NCBI GenBank assembly: GCA_963806535.1
Contig: CAWDYC010000008.1
Location: 1-64,000, forward strand
Origin: Candidatus Bathyarchaeota archaeon
GTDB lineage: Archaea; Thermoproteota; Bathyarchaeia; Bathyarchaeales; Bathycorpusculaceae
Reading direction: 5' to 3'
DNA: 64,000 bases
Each line of letters opens with the position of its first letter. Within the stretch, counting starts at the first letter, position 1. Below are positions 50,520-61,817 of the stretch, one piece after another. A program made the translations under genes and the position numbers. Below the pieces are notes generated by a model that was not told where the DNA came from, did not search any database, and saw nothing but the letters and a program-made list of their open reading frames with translations.

Positions 50520-50813
50520 TCAAAATTTCTTCATCTTAAGACTTGTCAGGTAATAAATCCTGCACAATTTCCTCATTACCCACCCAACTTGCACCACAAT
50601 TAGGACACTTGTCAAGTTTTTCATTGTAAACTGTTCCGCAGTACGAACAACGAATTTTCGGGCTCCTCCCTCAATCTTCATTTCCACTGAACCGTCTTTT
50701 AGCATCAAATCAATGTTTTCAGCGTTTGCCCACTCTTTGAGTGCCACAGTTGCTTTCCATCGCGTATTGCCGTTTTCATCTGTATACTGAGTGAAACCTC
50801 TTTCTTCCAGCAT
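50520..50813 (-). CDS. Hypothetical protein (possibly a fragment)
   Basis: ORF co-oriented with upstream small genes. Confidence 0.4.
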   Translation of the reverse strand: MLEERGFTQYTDENGNTRWKATVALKEWANAENIDLMLKDGSVEMKIEGGARKFVVRTAEQFTMKNLTSVLIVVQVGWVMRKLCRIYYLTSLKMKKF

Positions 50814-50822
50814 TTTTTGGCG

Positions 50823-51068
50823 TTAAATGGAAGTTGCATTTTGAAAAGCATTCAGAATTGCTGGTTGATTGGTTGTTGGCGGTTTAGGATGCTTCTTTGT
50901 TTGGTGAGAGCTGTAAATTGTCCACGCTGCAAATACGGCTACAAAGAAGCCTCCAATCACGAAGGGCCAAAGATCATAATAAGAATATACAACGGACAAT
51001 CGGATGGCAAGAATTAGCAATAGAACGCCGACATAAGTGTAAATCTCGTTTTTGATTTTTGAACTCAT
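50823..51068 (-). CDS. Small two-TM membrane protein
   Basis: Two hydrophobic segments; the start overlaps the upstream stop. Confidence 0.55.
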   Translation of the reverse strand: MSSKIKNEIYTYVGVLLLILAIRLSVVYSYYDLWPFVIGGFFVAVFAAWTIYSSHQTKKHPKPPTTNQPAILNAFQNATSI

Positions 51069-51456
51069 TATTTCACCAGTAAAGACATGAAAGCAAATGT
51101 AAACATGAATTCTGTTAAGAATCTCAGAACGTTGTTGCTCTCTCGAAAACCAGCAAGTTGAGATATCCCATCAACACCATCGGAACCATCAGCAATACGA
51201 CAGCATTCGCTGGAATGTGTACTTGAAAAAGAGCCATCCAAATAAGCCCAAAAAAACCCATTAATAATCTTGTACATCTGGAACACAAAGGACTTCTGTA
51301 CCCAAAGAAAGTGAAGCTTCTTTCTGGTCTTCTATGACAGAATGCTAAGCCAAGCTTTGTTTCTCTAACGTTGATGAACATAATAGGACCAGCATTTGCA
51401 TCCCATTTGAATTCAAAAAACTTTTTCCTGACTGAGGACGACCGAACCCCAATCAA
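51068..51456 (-). CDS. DUF2085-like membrane protein, frameshifted
   Basis: CHRRPERSF...PLCSRC and DG.SQL.G.RESNN.LRF.T motifs. Confidence 0.8.
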
Positions 51457-51583
51457 AACGAAGTCATCTTCAGTATGAGCAATAAACTTCTAAATCTTAA
51501 CTCTATCGGGATCAAGAATTTGGAGCACTCTTGGAGGGAAGACAAAAATTTAGATTGATTTGATGCGAAGAAATTGTCTTGGC

Positions 51584-51853
51584 TTATTGTTTTGCCCCAT
51601 CGCCTATACGAATAGCTTTTTGTTTTAAATCATCTGTTGCGTAGAGTTCAATTTTACCGCAATTTGGACAAACAAAAACATACATGGGAACCATTGTTTC
51701 GCCAACTTCCGCCCATTCTCCGAAAAGCAGCTTCATTCCGCCGCTCGTTCCACCAACTCTGAAATTTGCCGTATAAACATATTGAGCATTTTGCCCACAG
51801 AAAGTGCATTTTCTAATGTTTGCGCTCATTTGGTTCGCCTGTATTAATATCAT
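51584..51853 (-). CDS. Zinc-ribbon protein
   Basis: CTFC...VCPNCGKIELY. Confidence 0.7.
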   Translation of the reverse strand: MILIQANQMSANIRKCTFCGQNAQYVYTANFRVGGTSGGMKLLFGEWAEVGETMVPMYVFVCPNCGKIELYATDDLKQKAIRIGDGAKQ

Positions 51854-51955
51854 CTTTTTCTCGTAAATAAGTACAATTGTTTCTGTGTTGGTTCAAAATA
51901 ATGTTACCTTTTTTAGAGACGGCTGCCGATTAACCGTTTAAGGGGACAAAATATT

Positions 51956-52207
51956 ATGACTGAAGGAAAAATTGAGCAATTAATTAAGCAAAAAAGGGCT
52001 TTTTTGAAGTCATCAGTAAAGGATTATTCTGCAGGCGGTAATGACATGCTTGATGATGTTGGAGCACTGATTGAAGAGGCAAAAGCAGAAATTACCAATC
52101 GACTGGACCTTGCAAGCTGTTTAAAGGAAGAGTCAGAAGTGGCTTGGCGCAAAGAATGCATTTCAGTATTCGAAGATTGGCTTGAAAAGTGGTTCGGTAA
52201 ACCCTAA
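51956..52207 (+). CDS. Hypothetical helical protein
   Basis: GGGGA RBS; ends in WLEKWFG. Confidence 0.6.
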   Translation: MTEGKIEQLIKQKRAFLKSSVKDYSAGGNDMLDDVGALIEEAKAEITNRLDLASCLKEESEVAWRKECISVFEDWLEKWFGKP

Positions 52208-52261
52208 TTTTTCAAAAATCATCTTAGTCAACCAGTAAGGTTTTTCAGCGCGAGGCTAAAT

Positions 52262-53267
52262 ATGGAAAAAGAAAAGCCCAATAAAGCACTCAGCAAAATC
52301 AAAGTTATTCCTTTGGCAGCCGAAAGCTTCGGTGTCCGATCCATGTGCACAATGGTAGAAACCCCAGACGTTACCTTGCTTTTGGATGCTGGAATATCAC
52401 TTTGCCCCTACCGATTTGGCTTGCCGCCTCATCCAATCGAGTTTCAGACAATAATTAGATTGCGCAAAAAAATAGCTGAAGCCGCAAACAAAGCAGAGGT
52501 TGTAACAATCAGTCATTATCACTTTGACCATCATACGCCATCATTCGAGGATTGGGTTGTAAACTGGACAGAAGCAAATGAAACCGCACAGCAAATTTAT
52601 GAGGGAAAAAAGGTGCTTATGAAAAATCCCCGGGACAAAATAAATGCTAGCCAAAGGGAAAGGGCGTGGGTTTTCCAAAAGACAGGAGGCAAATATGCTA
52701 AGAAGTTGGAATCGGCGGATGGAAAAGCATTTGCTTTCGGCAGTACACTTGGTGCGATTTTCTGAATCTGTGGTTCACGGCTCTGACGATGCGATGCTCG
52801 GTTGGGTGATAATGGCGATAATTGAGCATGAGGGTGAACGGTTCATGTTTGCACCTGACATTCAAGGACCAATGTCAAAGCATACGTTTGAGTTGATTTT
52901 GGAGGCGAAGTCAGACCTTATTATGCTTGGTGGACCGCCTCTTTATCTTGCAGGTTCAAGAGTTGACATGAATCGGATTAATGAAGGCTTAAGCAATTTA
53001 GAAGGCATTGTGGAAGCGGTGCCAACAGTTATTGTTGAGCATCATGCGTTACGAGACGAGGCTTGGAAGCAAAAAGCAATGTCTATTTATCTGAAAGCTC
53101 AGGCCACGGATCATAGAGTTATGACTGCAGCAGAGTACATAGGTAACGAAAACTTCTTCTTGGAATCCAAGCGTAAGCAACTCTATCTTGATTTTCCACC
53201 TTCAGATGAGTTTAAGCAGTGGATGAAGACATTAAATAATGAAAAAATCGCGAAACCGCCAATTTAA
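52262..53267 (+). CDS. UPF0282/COG2248 metallo-beta-lactamase-fold hydrolase, frameshifted
   Basis: AAESFGVRSM, SHYHFDHH, DIQGP, GGPPLYL and HHALRD motifs. Confidence 0.88.
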
Positions 53268-53279
53268 GGATGAAAAGCT

Positions 53280-53959
53280 TTGTTTGAATTGAGTTTAGCC
53301 GCTTTTATTGCTTCATTTGTATTGGTTGTTTTGGCGGAGATGGGGGATAAAACCCAATTTTTAGCTATGTCTTTCGCCACTCGACACAACGTCTACAAAG
53401 TAATTCTCGGAATCTTCTATAGCCATTGTCGCCTGTTTTGCAATAACTGTAGCCGTAGGTCAATTCTTAACAACAATCATACCCATCGACATAATATCGT
53501 TAGCTGCTTCACTTTCATTCATCGGTTTCGGCTTATGGACCATTAGAGGAGACAAACAAAAAGTTGAGAATAAAAAACCTTCTCGATTTGGAGTTACTCG
53601 CAACCGTAGCCATAGCATTTTTCATTGCGGAGTTCGGCGACAAAACCCAACTTGCAACCATCAGTTTAGTTGCACAATACCAGAACGCAATAAGCGTTTT
53701 TGTTGGAGCGTCCATTGCAATGTTGGTTGCTGATGGCTTGGGAATAATTGTCGGAGTAGTTTTTTGTAAGCGAATTCCAGAGCGGACTTTCAAGTGGCTT
53801 TCAGCAGTCAATATTTGTGATATTCGGGTTAATTGGTTTATATGAAGTTCTGCCTGCCAAAATTGGATTAGACTACACGGCAATAACTCTTGTTGTACTG
53901 ATTGTTTTTTCAGTCTCTGCAATGTTGATTCTGGCAAGAAAACAAAGAATAACAAATAA
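53280..53959 (+). CDS. TMEM165/GDT1 (UPF0016) Mn2+/Ca2+ transporter, frameshifted
   Basis: Two EMGDKTQ/EFGDKTQ motifs. Confidence 0.9.
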
Positions 53960-54209
53960 TTCGCAGAAAGCATAACCTTGCAAGGATCCAAACACCAATA
54001 ATAAAAGCCAAATCTAAAAAAAATTCGATAGAACAAAATGGTCAGCCTTTTATAGAATTTTAAAAATTAAATTTGGCAAATGCAGACTTAACCTAACGCA
54101 AACTAAAATTTTCGGAAGAGAGAGGGGGAACATGGCGCTTGCGTTTCAGTTAACCGTTGATTTGCCAAAACGCTTCAGATTTTTTTAGAATCCTATGCGT
54201 TTTCTACAC

Positions 54210-54975
54210 TTAATAGTGTGGCTTTGCAATAAAAATTGATGTGACTGTACTAGCACTACAACAAGTTACAACGTGTTTTTTAGGTCTTCGAATGGGCATA
54301 AGGGCAGCTTTCGCAGCACCTTTTTTTGATGTTGATGTTCTAGGCTTTAACATGACAACGGCTTTCTTCAGATCCAAAGGAGTAATTATCCTAAAGAACG
54401 TTTTGAAATCTGGATCCAACTGCTCAATCACCATCGTTGACATGTAGCGAACCCCATGCAATCTATCAACTATAGCTTCTACATCACGCTCACCGTTTGC
54501 CAACGCTTCTTTAGCAGCCTCCAAAGCCAACTTTAGTATTATAAACGGCATGCAAAGCTTCAACCTCACAATCAGGCGATCTTGCAATATCCGCTGATTT
54601 GCCCACGCCACAATCAAAAAGCAAAGTCACCACATCTTGGGAAACAAATGGGGAATCAAACGGCAAAAGCAATGAGTATTTTCCCTCAGCCGCTTCAAAA
54701 CCTGCCAAAGCAGCACCTAAAAGCCCCATTGATTCATCAGCATCACAAACAAATCTAACCTTAGGCGAAACAATTTTAGCGTACGAATCTGCGCGTTCTT
54801 TCGAGGTGGTGACAATAATTATTTCTTCAGCAATGCCTTTCACAGCATCAACAACATATTTCAACAAGGGCTTATTATCCAGAATCAATAACCCTTTGTC
54901 TTCCCCGAATTTGCTCGAGGAATCAACTGCTAAAATGATTACTGATTTATCCAAACAGCAAACGTCTCCAACCAT
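54210..54975 (-). CDS. mobA: MobA-like molybdenum cofactor guanylyltransferase, frameshifted
   Basis: IILA...SSKFGEDKGL, G.LG, DSPFV and EALHAVY motifs; the LAGG loop is degenerate (LAVD). Confidence 0.75.
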
Positions 54976-55036
54976 AAATTACAAAACAAGTTAAAAAACA
55001 TACGGAGAAGAAAAAAGAAAAAGAAAATGCTTTTTA

Positions 55037-55820
55037 CTAGTTTACTTCGTTGTCTTCTATTTTTCTTGCCATTTCAGCCAATATCTTCGTGAATGGGTGG
55101 TCTGGTTTGTCTTGAACGAAAATCAGGTTTCCTTCAGCTCGTAGTATCTCACAGAAGCAGGGTAAAATGCCGAGCATAGGGACTTGGTATATCTGTTTTT
55201 ATTTTGGCAGCCATTTCAGCTTTCTTAGATGTTGCTGAGGGATCAAGTACCTTGTTCATGACTAAGCCTGTTTTCTTCTCAAACAGATTGTATAGTTCTT
55301 TTAGCATGCGTTTTGTTCCGTCTACGTCAGAGCGGTCGCCAGTGGTTGCTACAACTACGAAGTCAGCTGCGACAATAGCGTTTATTGAGGAATATTGTAA
55401 GCCTGGGCTTGTATCAAAGAACAAGTAATCGAACCCTTGTTCTCCAATCAATGATTCTCTGAGGGCAAGGAGTCTGCCTAAGGCCCGCATTTCCCATTTG
55501 CGATCTTTTGAGGACATGTCACGAATTGCTTCAGTTGCGGGATTTGCTAAACCAGCATAGAACTTTCCGTTGCCAGATATTTTGCTACTTAAGATCTAAT
55601 AAGTACATTGTCAACATCGGCAGTTGCTGTTCAAATAATCGTTAAACCAAACTTCAGAGTTTTCAGCTTTTAATATGGCAAATAAGCTTGGTGCTCTAAA
55701 GTCTAAATCGAAAATAGCAACTTTTTTGCCATCTTTAGCAAAGGTTGCGGCTAAATTGACTGATAGAAGTGTTTTTCCTGTTCCGCCTTTATATGAGTGT
55801 ACTGCGATTATTTTTCCCAT
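55037..55820 (-). CDS. MinD/ParA-family ATPase, frameshifted
   Basis: Deviant Walker A KGGTGKT, DLD, DTSPG and NK motifs. Confidence 0.88.
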
Positions 55821-55826
55821 AATATC

Positions 55827-56210
55827 TCAACCTTGTGTTTCCCTATCAATGAAAAAATACGCTTTTCTTCCCTTGCGCTCTTTTTTAAGGTAACCCATGA
55901 TTACGAGCTGATTAAGATACGCGCTTTCTACTGCTCTTGCTCGACTTGTTTGCCCAGCGATTTCTTCAGCCGTTGCTCTTGCGCATCTGCAAATTGCCAT
56001 GGCTGTTTTTCGCAGGTGATCAGGCATCGAGAGAAGTGTCATAACATCAAGAGATGCATCAGGCAGACCAGGCGCAGACTTTTGATTGTCACTGCCAGTT
56101 TTCTGAATTTCAATAATAACTTCCATCTTATCATTTAACCGCTCAAGACTTTCTTCAATCTTTTCAAGAATATTCAAAGGTCTTTTGGTTATTGCTTGAT
56201 CTTTAATCAT
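55827..56210 (-). CDS. Winged-HTH regulator with N-terminal coiled coil
   Basis: ATAEEIA..T.RARAVESAYLNQL..MGYL...RKGRK.YF. Confidence 0.8.
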   Translation of the reverse strand: MIKDQAITKRPLNILEKIEESLERLNDKMEVIIEIQKTGSDNQKSAPGLPDASLDVMTLLSMPDHLRKTAMAICRCARATAEEIAGQTSRARAVESAYLNQLVIMGYLKKERKGRKAYFFIDRETQG

Positions 56211-56374
56211 TAATTACCCTCGAAGTGTTTTGCAGGTATACAGATAGTGACTGAAAACTGTTTATTAAGTATTACGATACAGTAATACTGATTTCAAAAC
56301 AAGAAAAAAATCTATTCATCAATTTTGCAAGCTAATAAATTAATTAAATTAGAAAACAAAACAAGAAAAAGTGT

Positions 56375-56719
56375 TTAGTAGGGAATCATTACTTGACTTC
56401 TTGCTTCCTCTACTATGGGTAAGACTTGTTTTAGCTCTTTGAAGTATTTCAGAACAGTTATTCCTCGTTGTGAAACGGCGTAAACAACCCGTCGTTTTCC
56501 AACGGTACGTTCTTCAACCAAGCCTTGCTTTATGAGAAAATCAAGATATTCCTTGAGGACACTGCAGTTAACGTTAGCTTTGTACATTACATGTGTTAGC
56601 TTTAGCGGTCCTCTTTGTGCCAGAACTGAAAGAATATCGACATACATTTCTAGTTTTGAACGACGCACTTCTTTATTCCTCTTGTTTTCTCCACTATTCA
56701 TGTTTTTAATATAAATCAT
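56375..56719 (-). CDS. Archaeal winged-HTH regulator (HTH_45-like)
   Basis: RRSKLEMYVDIL...THVMYKANVN...YLDFL...GLV. Confidence 0.88.
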   Translation of the reverse strand: MIYIKNMNSGENKRNKEVRRSKLEMYVDILSVLAQRGPLKLTHVMYKANVNCSVLKEYLDFLIKQGLVEERTVGKRRVVYAVSQRGITVLKYFKELKQVLPIVEEARSQVMIPY

Positions 56720-56759
56720 TTATGTATTACTAATCTGCATATAATCCATATGCACACTG

Positions 56760-56939
56760 CTAATTATCGGCTTTTCTGCTTGCTTGGTTTAACACATTTA
56801 ATCTATTTTCGAATGCAGTAACCATGTCATCTAGCAATATTTCACGCAATTCTGTCGTCAATCCGTTGATTTCCGAATGAAAAACATCAGCTAATTTAGA
56901 TTCTATTTGTTTCCGATCTTTACTTGGAATTTGTTTCAT
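56760..56939 (-). CDS. 59-aa helical protein (not in ORF track)
   Basis: GGAGG RBS; MKQIPSKDRKQIESKLADVF...ILLDDMVTAFENRLNVL. Confidence 0.65.
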   Translation of the reverse strand: MKQIPSKDRKQIESKLADVFHSEINGLTTELREILLDDMVTAFENRLNVLNQASRKADN

Positions 56940-57391
56940 TTACTTTCCTCCAAATTATCCTTAGCACCCAATTAGTCGAACGGTATTTAACTAACTTATG
57001 AAGCCAATCTATGAATCTAAAATTAATACTAAAAATAAGAAACGTGAAAGTTAACGGCAAGCATTTTCGACGGTTCTTATCTCAGACCATACATCATGTG
57101 AAGCAGTGTAGTTGTCTGAATTTTATTTTAAGTGCGAATTTCAGCACCATAAATTTATTGCAAAATGCACCAATTAAGCGTAAAACAGATTGTTATACAT
57201 ACAATTCGTCGATTGCAGATATCATTTTAAAAGAAGTTGTTGTCGTTCAGCAATCACATATTAATTTAAATGTGCTTGAGTATCATACTGCAGCGAAGGC
57301 GCAGATTTACATGCCACCATAACGTAGTTTTAGGAAGTTGGTTTTTATATGTTAATTTCTAACTAAGGAGAAATCTTGGAAAGTCCTGCTT

Positions 57392-57586
57392 ATGAAAGGA
57401 TACGTTCTAAATGATCAAGTAAGAGCTGAACAATGTGAAAACTGCAAATCAAAAAGTCAGGTATTAACAACTAACTTTAGCAATCCTAACTTGTTTTTGT
57501 ACGGATGCAAAGACAGCAAATGCAGGCATAGACTTTTGCGGCTAGATTTTGATTTAGAAGAAATTCCTCAAATTGCGAACAGCTAA
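57392..57586 (+). CDS. Small zinc-binding protein
   Basis: CENC...CKDSKC. Confidence 0.5.
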   Translation: MKGYVLNDQVRAEQCENCKSKSQVLTTNFSNPNLFLYGCKDSKCRHRLLRLDFDLEEIPQIANS

Positions 57587-58005
57587 ATTTTTAGCAAGAA
57601 AGCGCCTGCATTTTCGTCGTGATTATTTCGAACAAAACTCTATTTAATTCTCTAGTTGTTTCATCATCCAACAACATCATAAAAATAGTCTTTCCCCTCT
57701 AATTTCAACGTTGGTTCAAGTTGGGACAGTACAGAATTCTAGCTTAGCTTTTTCAGGAATAGTCTGAATCACTTTGGCATCAGGAATGTTAAATAATCCT
57801 TTCATGGCGCCTGTCCAATCTGCAATCAACAAGTACTATTACCTTGACCAAAAAGGTTTTGCAGGCATTATTAACCAAGTGGATATATTTTGTTTCGAGG
57901 AAGTCTAAAATTGAAAATTCAAATCGTTTGATAAGTAATCGTTAAGTAAGAGTTTAATGTTGAAATGCACCCAACAGGCGACGTTTCTTTAAATGAATTA
58001 GCCTT

Positions 58006-58656
58006 ATGGCACTTTTAATTGGAGCAGCACTCGTGGGGGGACTGCATATGTCGGCTCCTGACCATTGGGTTACTCTTTGCCTTTTAGGGCAATCATCAAA
58101 ATGGAGCCGAAGAAAACTCTTTAACATTTCTCTTATCACTGCAGTGGGTTCTGCATTATTTTCGGCTGGGCTAGGATTAGCTATTGTTGCGTTAGGAGTT
58201 GTTTTTTCGAGTTTAGTTACATTTTATCTATTTTTTCCATAGGTTAATAATGCTTGCAGTGGGTTGCTAATTGGAATCAGATCATTATTTGAAAAAGAAA
58301 CACGGGAAGTCATTCCTGAACAGAAATTATCAGTCCGACAGAGAAACAATAGTACAACAAAGCTCAGTGGAATCATCTATTTTGCTGTCCTTGGAGCAGC
58401 GCTGTGGCTTGACATTAGCATTACACCTGTCTTTCTAGCGGCAATTCCTGCTGGCTTAATTTTTGGACTTTACCTCGTCTTAGTATTTGTGGTAACTTCA
58501 ATTCTTTTTCAGTTGATCCTGTTTCAAGTTGGAATAAGAGGATTCACCAACACATTTGAACATATCCAAGAAAAATAGAATGATGAAATCATGGGCTTCG
58601 TTATTGCGGCAATAGGAAGCTAAATCATATTTACTGCACAAGCTCTGGTAATTTAG
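58006..58656 (+). pseudogene. Ni/Co transporter-like (NiCoT/UreH type) gene with a frameshift and two in-frame stops
   Basis: GGLHMSAPDHW (Hx4DH) and multiple TM helices; TAG at 58576 and TAA at 58621 interrupt the hydrophobic tail. Confidence 0.65.
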
Positions 58657-58788
58657 AGGCTTCTTGATTCTCTAAATTTGATTTCCAAAACTTCATTTGC
58701 CTTAGGCGACTGGAAACAGAGCTTTTCAAAGAAATGCTTTACCACCACATTTTAATATCTTAGATGGCTCAATTTTTTAGGTGAAAAA

Positions 58789-59234
58789 ATGGAAAGCATA
58801 ACACCTTTTATGATACCTGAAAACGATGCAAATAAAACCCGTAAAAAAATAGCAGTTGAATTTCTCAGTTTAGTTGGTTCAGGAAGACCAAAGGATGGAC
58901 TACATTTTTTTGCCTCTGACTGTAAAACTCACAACCCATATGTCGTGGGCGGGATGAAGGAATTAATCGATGCAATGATTGCAGTTCAAAAACAAGGCTG
59001 CTGAAGGAATTATAAAAGGGTCAAAAGCAGATTTTAAATTAGGCATAAAGCAGGTTCTTGCTGATGGTGACCTAGTTGCGGTGCATACAATAATTTCAAG
59101 TTCCAAACCAAGTGAAGGAGGATTAAGGCAAGTTCATCTTTTCCGTTTTAGCGGAGATAAAATTGTCGAGTACTGGGACATAACCCAAGACAGTTCATGA
59201 AAACATGCCTAACGCAGTCGAAGCATTCTCCTAA
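58789..59234 (+). CDS. SnoaL/NTF2-like protein, frameshifted
   Basis: HNP...G, ADGDLVAVH, FRFSGDKIVEYWD. Confidence 0.85.
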
Positions 59235-59369
59235 TAGATAATAAGGCAAGCAACAAAACGTTTCCCAGAGATAAAAAAATTAGTTATTGTGTAGTTACAG
59301 CCACAAACCGTTAAGTTCAAAGCTTTCAAGCATTATATAAGCATAAACAAGTTCTTGGAAAGATGAAAA

Positions 59370-59937
59370 ATGAGTCAACAACCCACCGAAGAAAAAAATT
59401 TGGAAGTTGCAACCCTTGCCGCCGGCTGCTTCTGGTGCACAGAAGCCGCTTTCCAGATTATAAAGGGAGTTGAGAGGATTGAGCCTGGATACACAGGCGG
59501 AAATGTGATCAATCCGTCTTATGAGCAGGTTTCAACTGGCACGACCGGTCATGCTGAGGCAGCGCAGATATATTTTGACCCTAAAGTAATCAGTTACAAA
59601 GAAATTTTGGAGATTTACTTTGCAATGCATGATCCCACTTCAATAAATCGCCAAGGCGCAGACGTTGGAACACAATATAGATCAGCAATTTTCTACCATA
59701 ACCAAGAGCAGAAAGCAACAGCTGAAGCATTAATTGCAGAATTAAGCAAGGAAGGCATTTGGAACAAACCCATAGTTACCAGCGTTGAGCCGCTTGAAAG
59801 TGTTTTACAAAGCTGAAACCTACCACAAGGATTACTACAAAAAACACCCAAAAGAGCCATACTGCCAAGTTGTAATTGCCCCAAAAATCGCCAAACTACA
59901 ACAACGGTTCTTTGATAAAATCAAGGTGCCATTGTGA
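59370..59937 (+). CDS. msrA: Peptide methionine sulfoxide reductase A, frameshifted near 59805
   Basis: GCFWC, GHAE, HDPT, GTQYRS and AETYHKDYY...YC motifs. Confidence 0.95.
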
Positions 59938-60510
59938 TAACAGAAAACAACTCTCAACCAGCGCAGACGAAGTCTTAAGACAAATTGAAGCGGCATCAGA
60001 AAAGCGAGTTTCTGCCAATTATAGGATCCATAAATGGCAAGATCTTGGCTCAAGAAATACGGAAAGCTAAACCCCAACATGTTTTGGAAGTCGGCACTTT
60101 GATCGGTTACTCAGCGATTCTCATGGGAAAAGAATTAGATAAAAACTCGGAGATAGTGACGATTGAGATTCATCGCGATGAGGCAGAGATGGCTGGAGAA
60201 AATATTGTTAAGGCAAACATACCAGCTGAAAGTTAAGATTATCACGGGTGACGCCTTAAAAGTGATTCCAACTTTAAAGGGCATTTTTGATTTTGCCTTT
60301 ATTGATGCCGAAAAAAGTGAGTATTTCCAGTACCTTAAGTCAGCAGAGGATAAACTTTGTAAAGGGGCGGTTGTTTTTGCTGATAATGCTGGAATCTTCT
60401 CTGACCAAATGTATGATTATTTGGATTATGTCAGGAATTCGGGCAATTACAAGAGCAGGTATGTGCAAGTAGGCAACGATGGCGTAGAAATTAGTGTGAA
60501 GCAAAGTTAG
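59934..60510 (+). CDS. O-methyltransferase (Methyltransf_3/YrrM-like), frameshifted
   Basis: VLEVGTLIGYS, GDAL, FDFAFIDAEK and ADN motifs. Confidence 0.88.
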
Positions 60511-61391
60511 CGGGTAACATTAAACAATTTTACCTGAATGTTTTAATGATTGCGACGGTTTTTTGTGTTTGGGTGGGCGATGACGACTCTGGCCCCGAAG
60601 ACTATACTGGATGATGAGGATCTTGAGTGCGGAAAGGTAAAAATAATAACCTAAAAGTTAGCAGTTTTGCCTTCAAGAGCCTACCTATTTTTGTAGACGG
60701 ACGTGACCTTCTTTTACTTTTTGTCTTTTGACTGTTGGATTGGTAGGTTAAAATGTTGTAGTAAAATAGCGTCTCAAGTGTCTAGTATGCAACTGAAAAC
60801 TGACTTTTACAGAAAAAAAACAAAGCAATTCATGTTTTGGGATGCCAATTAAATTATCCTTGAACCGATTTGCGCGGTGAATCTGTTAATCTGATTTGAC
60901 ACTCATAACAAAAAGCTTCCTCTACAACCCATTCAACTATATCATTTTCGGATGTCGGTTTTTTCTTCATTCTGTATCAAATATACTAATTTAGTTAGCA
61001 ACTTAAGGACTGTGAACCTCTAATTAGTATTTGAAATTCCATTTTTGGAAGTTGACAATCGCTACGTAAATAGCACTAATTGCCGTTTAACGTCATAACA
61101 AAACTAATCAACAAGCCCTTTTTCTCGTTTATTTTTGATTCACGAAAAGAAATATCAATAGGCATACTCAAATAATCATGTTACAATAGTAAACAAAAGG
61201 TTGAGAATATCTTGAGAAACAAAGGAAACAAGTACTATCAAAACACTCATGGAAACGTTTTCAAAAGGAAAACAAACGATAAAAACCGAAAGAAAAAAAT
61301 ATTAATGAAGAAAAATTCGAAAGTTATTAGAGCTCCAGTGGCTACTACTGACCCTGTTTAAAATGAATTGAGTTCAGGGTCATACAATAAA

Positions 61392-61784
61392 TTATTTAGA
61401 TGCGGATTCTGCAATTTCCACAATACCCGCGATGTTTTTAAGTAGCTCGTCCGGAATATTGTGGCGTTCTTTTAGATAATGCGGAGTGTTATAAGTTACC
61501 CATACTTTTCCTTGTGCATCTTCAGAAACCATAATTTTCAGCGGGAAATCTAGAGCAAGAGTAGGTGCGGCAATCATCAAGGGGGTACCTGCTTTTGGGT
61601 TACCAAAGATGAGCAATTGGGTCGGGTTCATTTTTAAGCCAGCATTCTGGGCATCTGCGCTAAAATTTATGGTCGCGAAAAGGGTAAGTCCTCGGGACAT
61701 GACAGTGGATTTTAGCCGTTCAAATGTGTCTCCGAAAGAATGTTCACTTTGCACCTGCACGATTCCTTTTTTAAAAGTTGACAA
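61392..61784 (-). CDS. DUF302 family protein
   Basis: LLIFGNPKAGTPLM...LDFPLK. Confidence 0.9.
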   Translation of the reverse strand: MSTFKKGIVQVQSEHSFGDTFERLKSTVMSRGLTLFATINFSADAQNAGLKMNPTQLLIFGNPKAGTPLMIAAPTLALDFPLKIMVSEDAQGKVWVTYNTPHYLKERHNIPDELLKNIAGIVEIAESASK

Positions 61785-61817
61785 TCGTGAATCACTATAA
61801 ATGATTTACTCTCGCAG

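Noticed and set aside
60578-60654. C/D box sRNA (ATGACGA...CCGA...ATGATGA)
   Set aside because: There is no proper CTGA D box and the first guide is too short. The stretch reads equally well as a 24-aa ORF.
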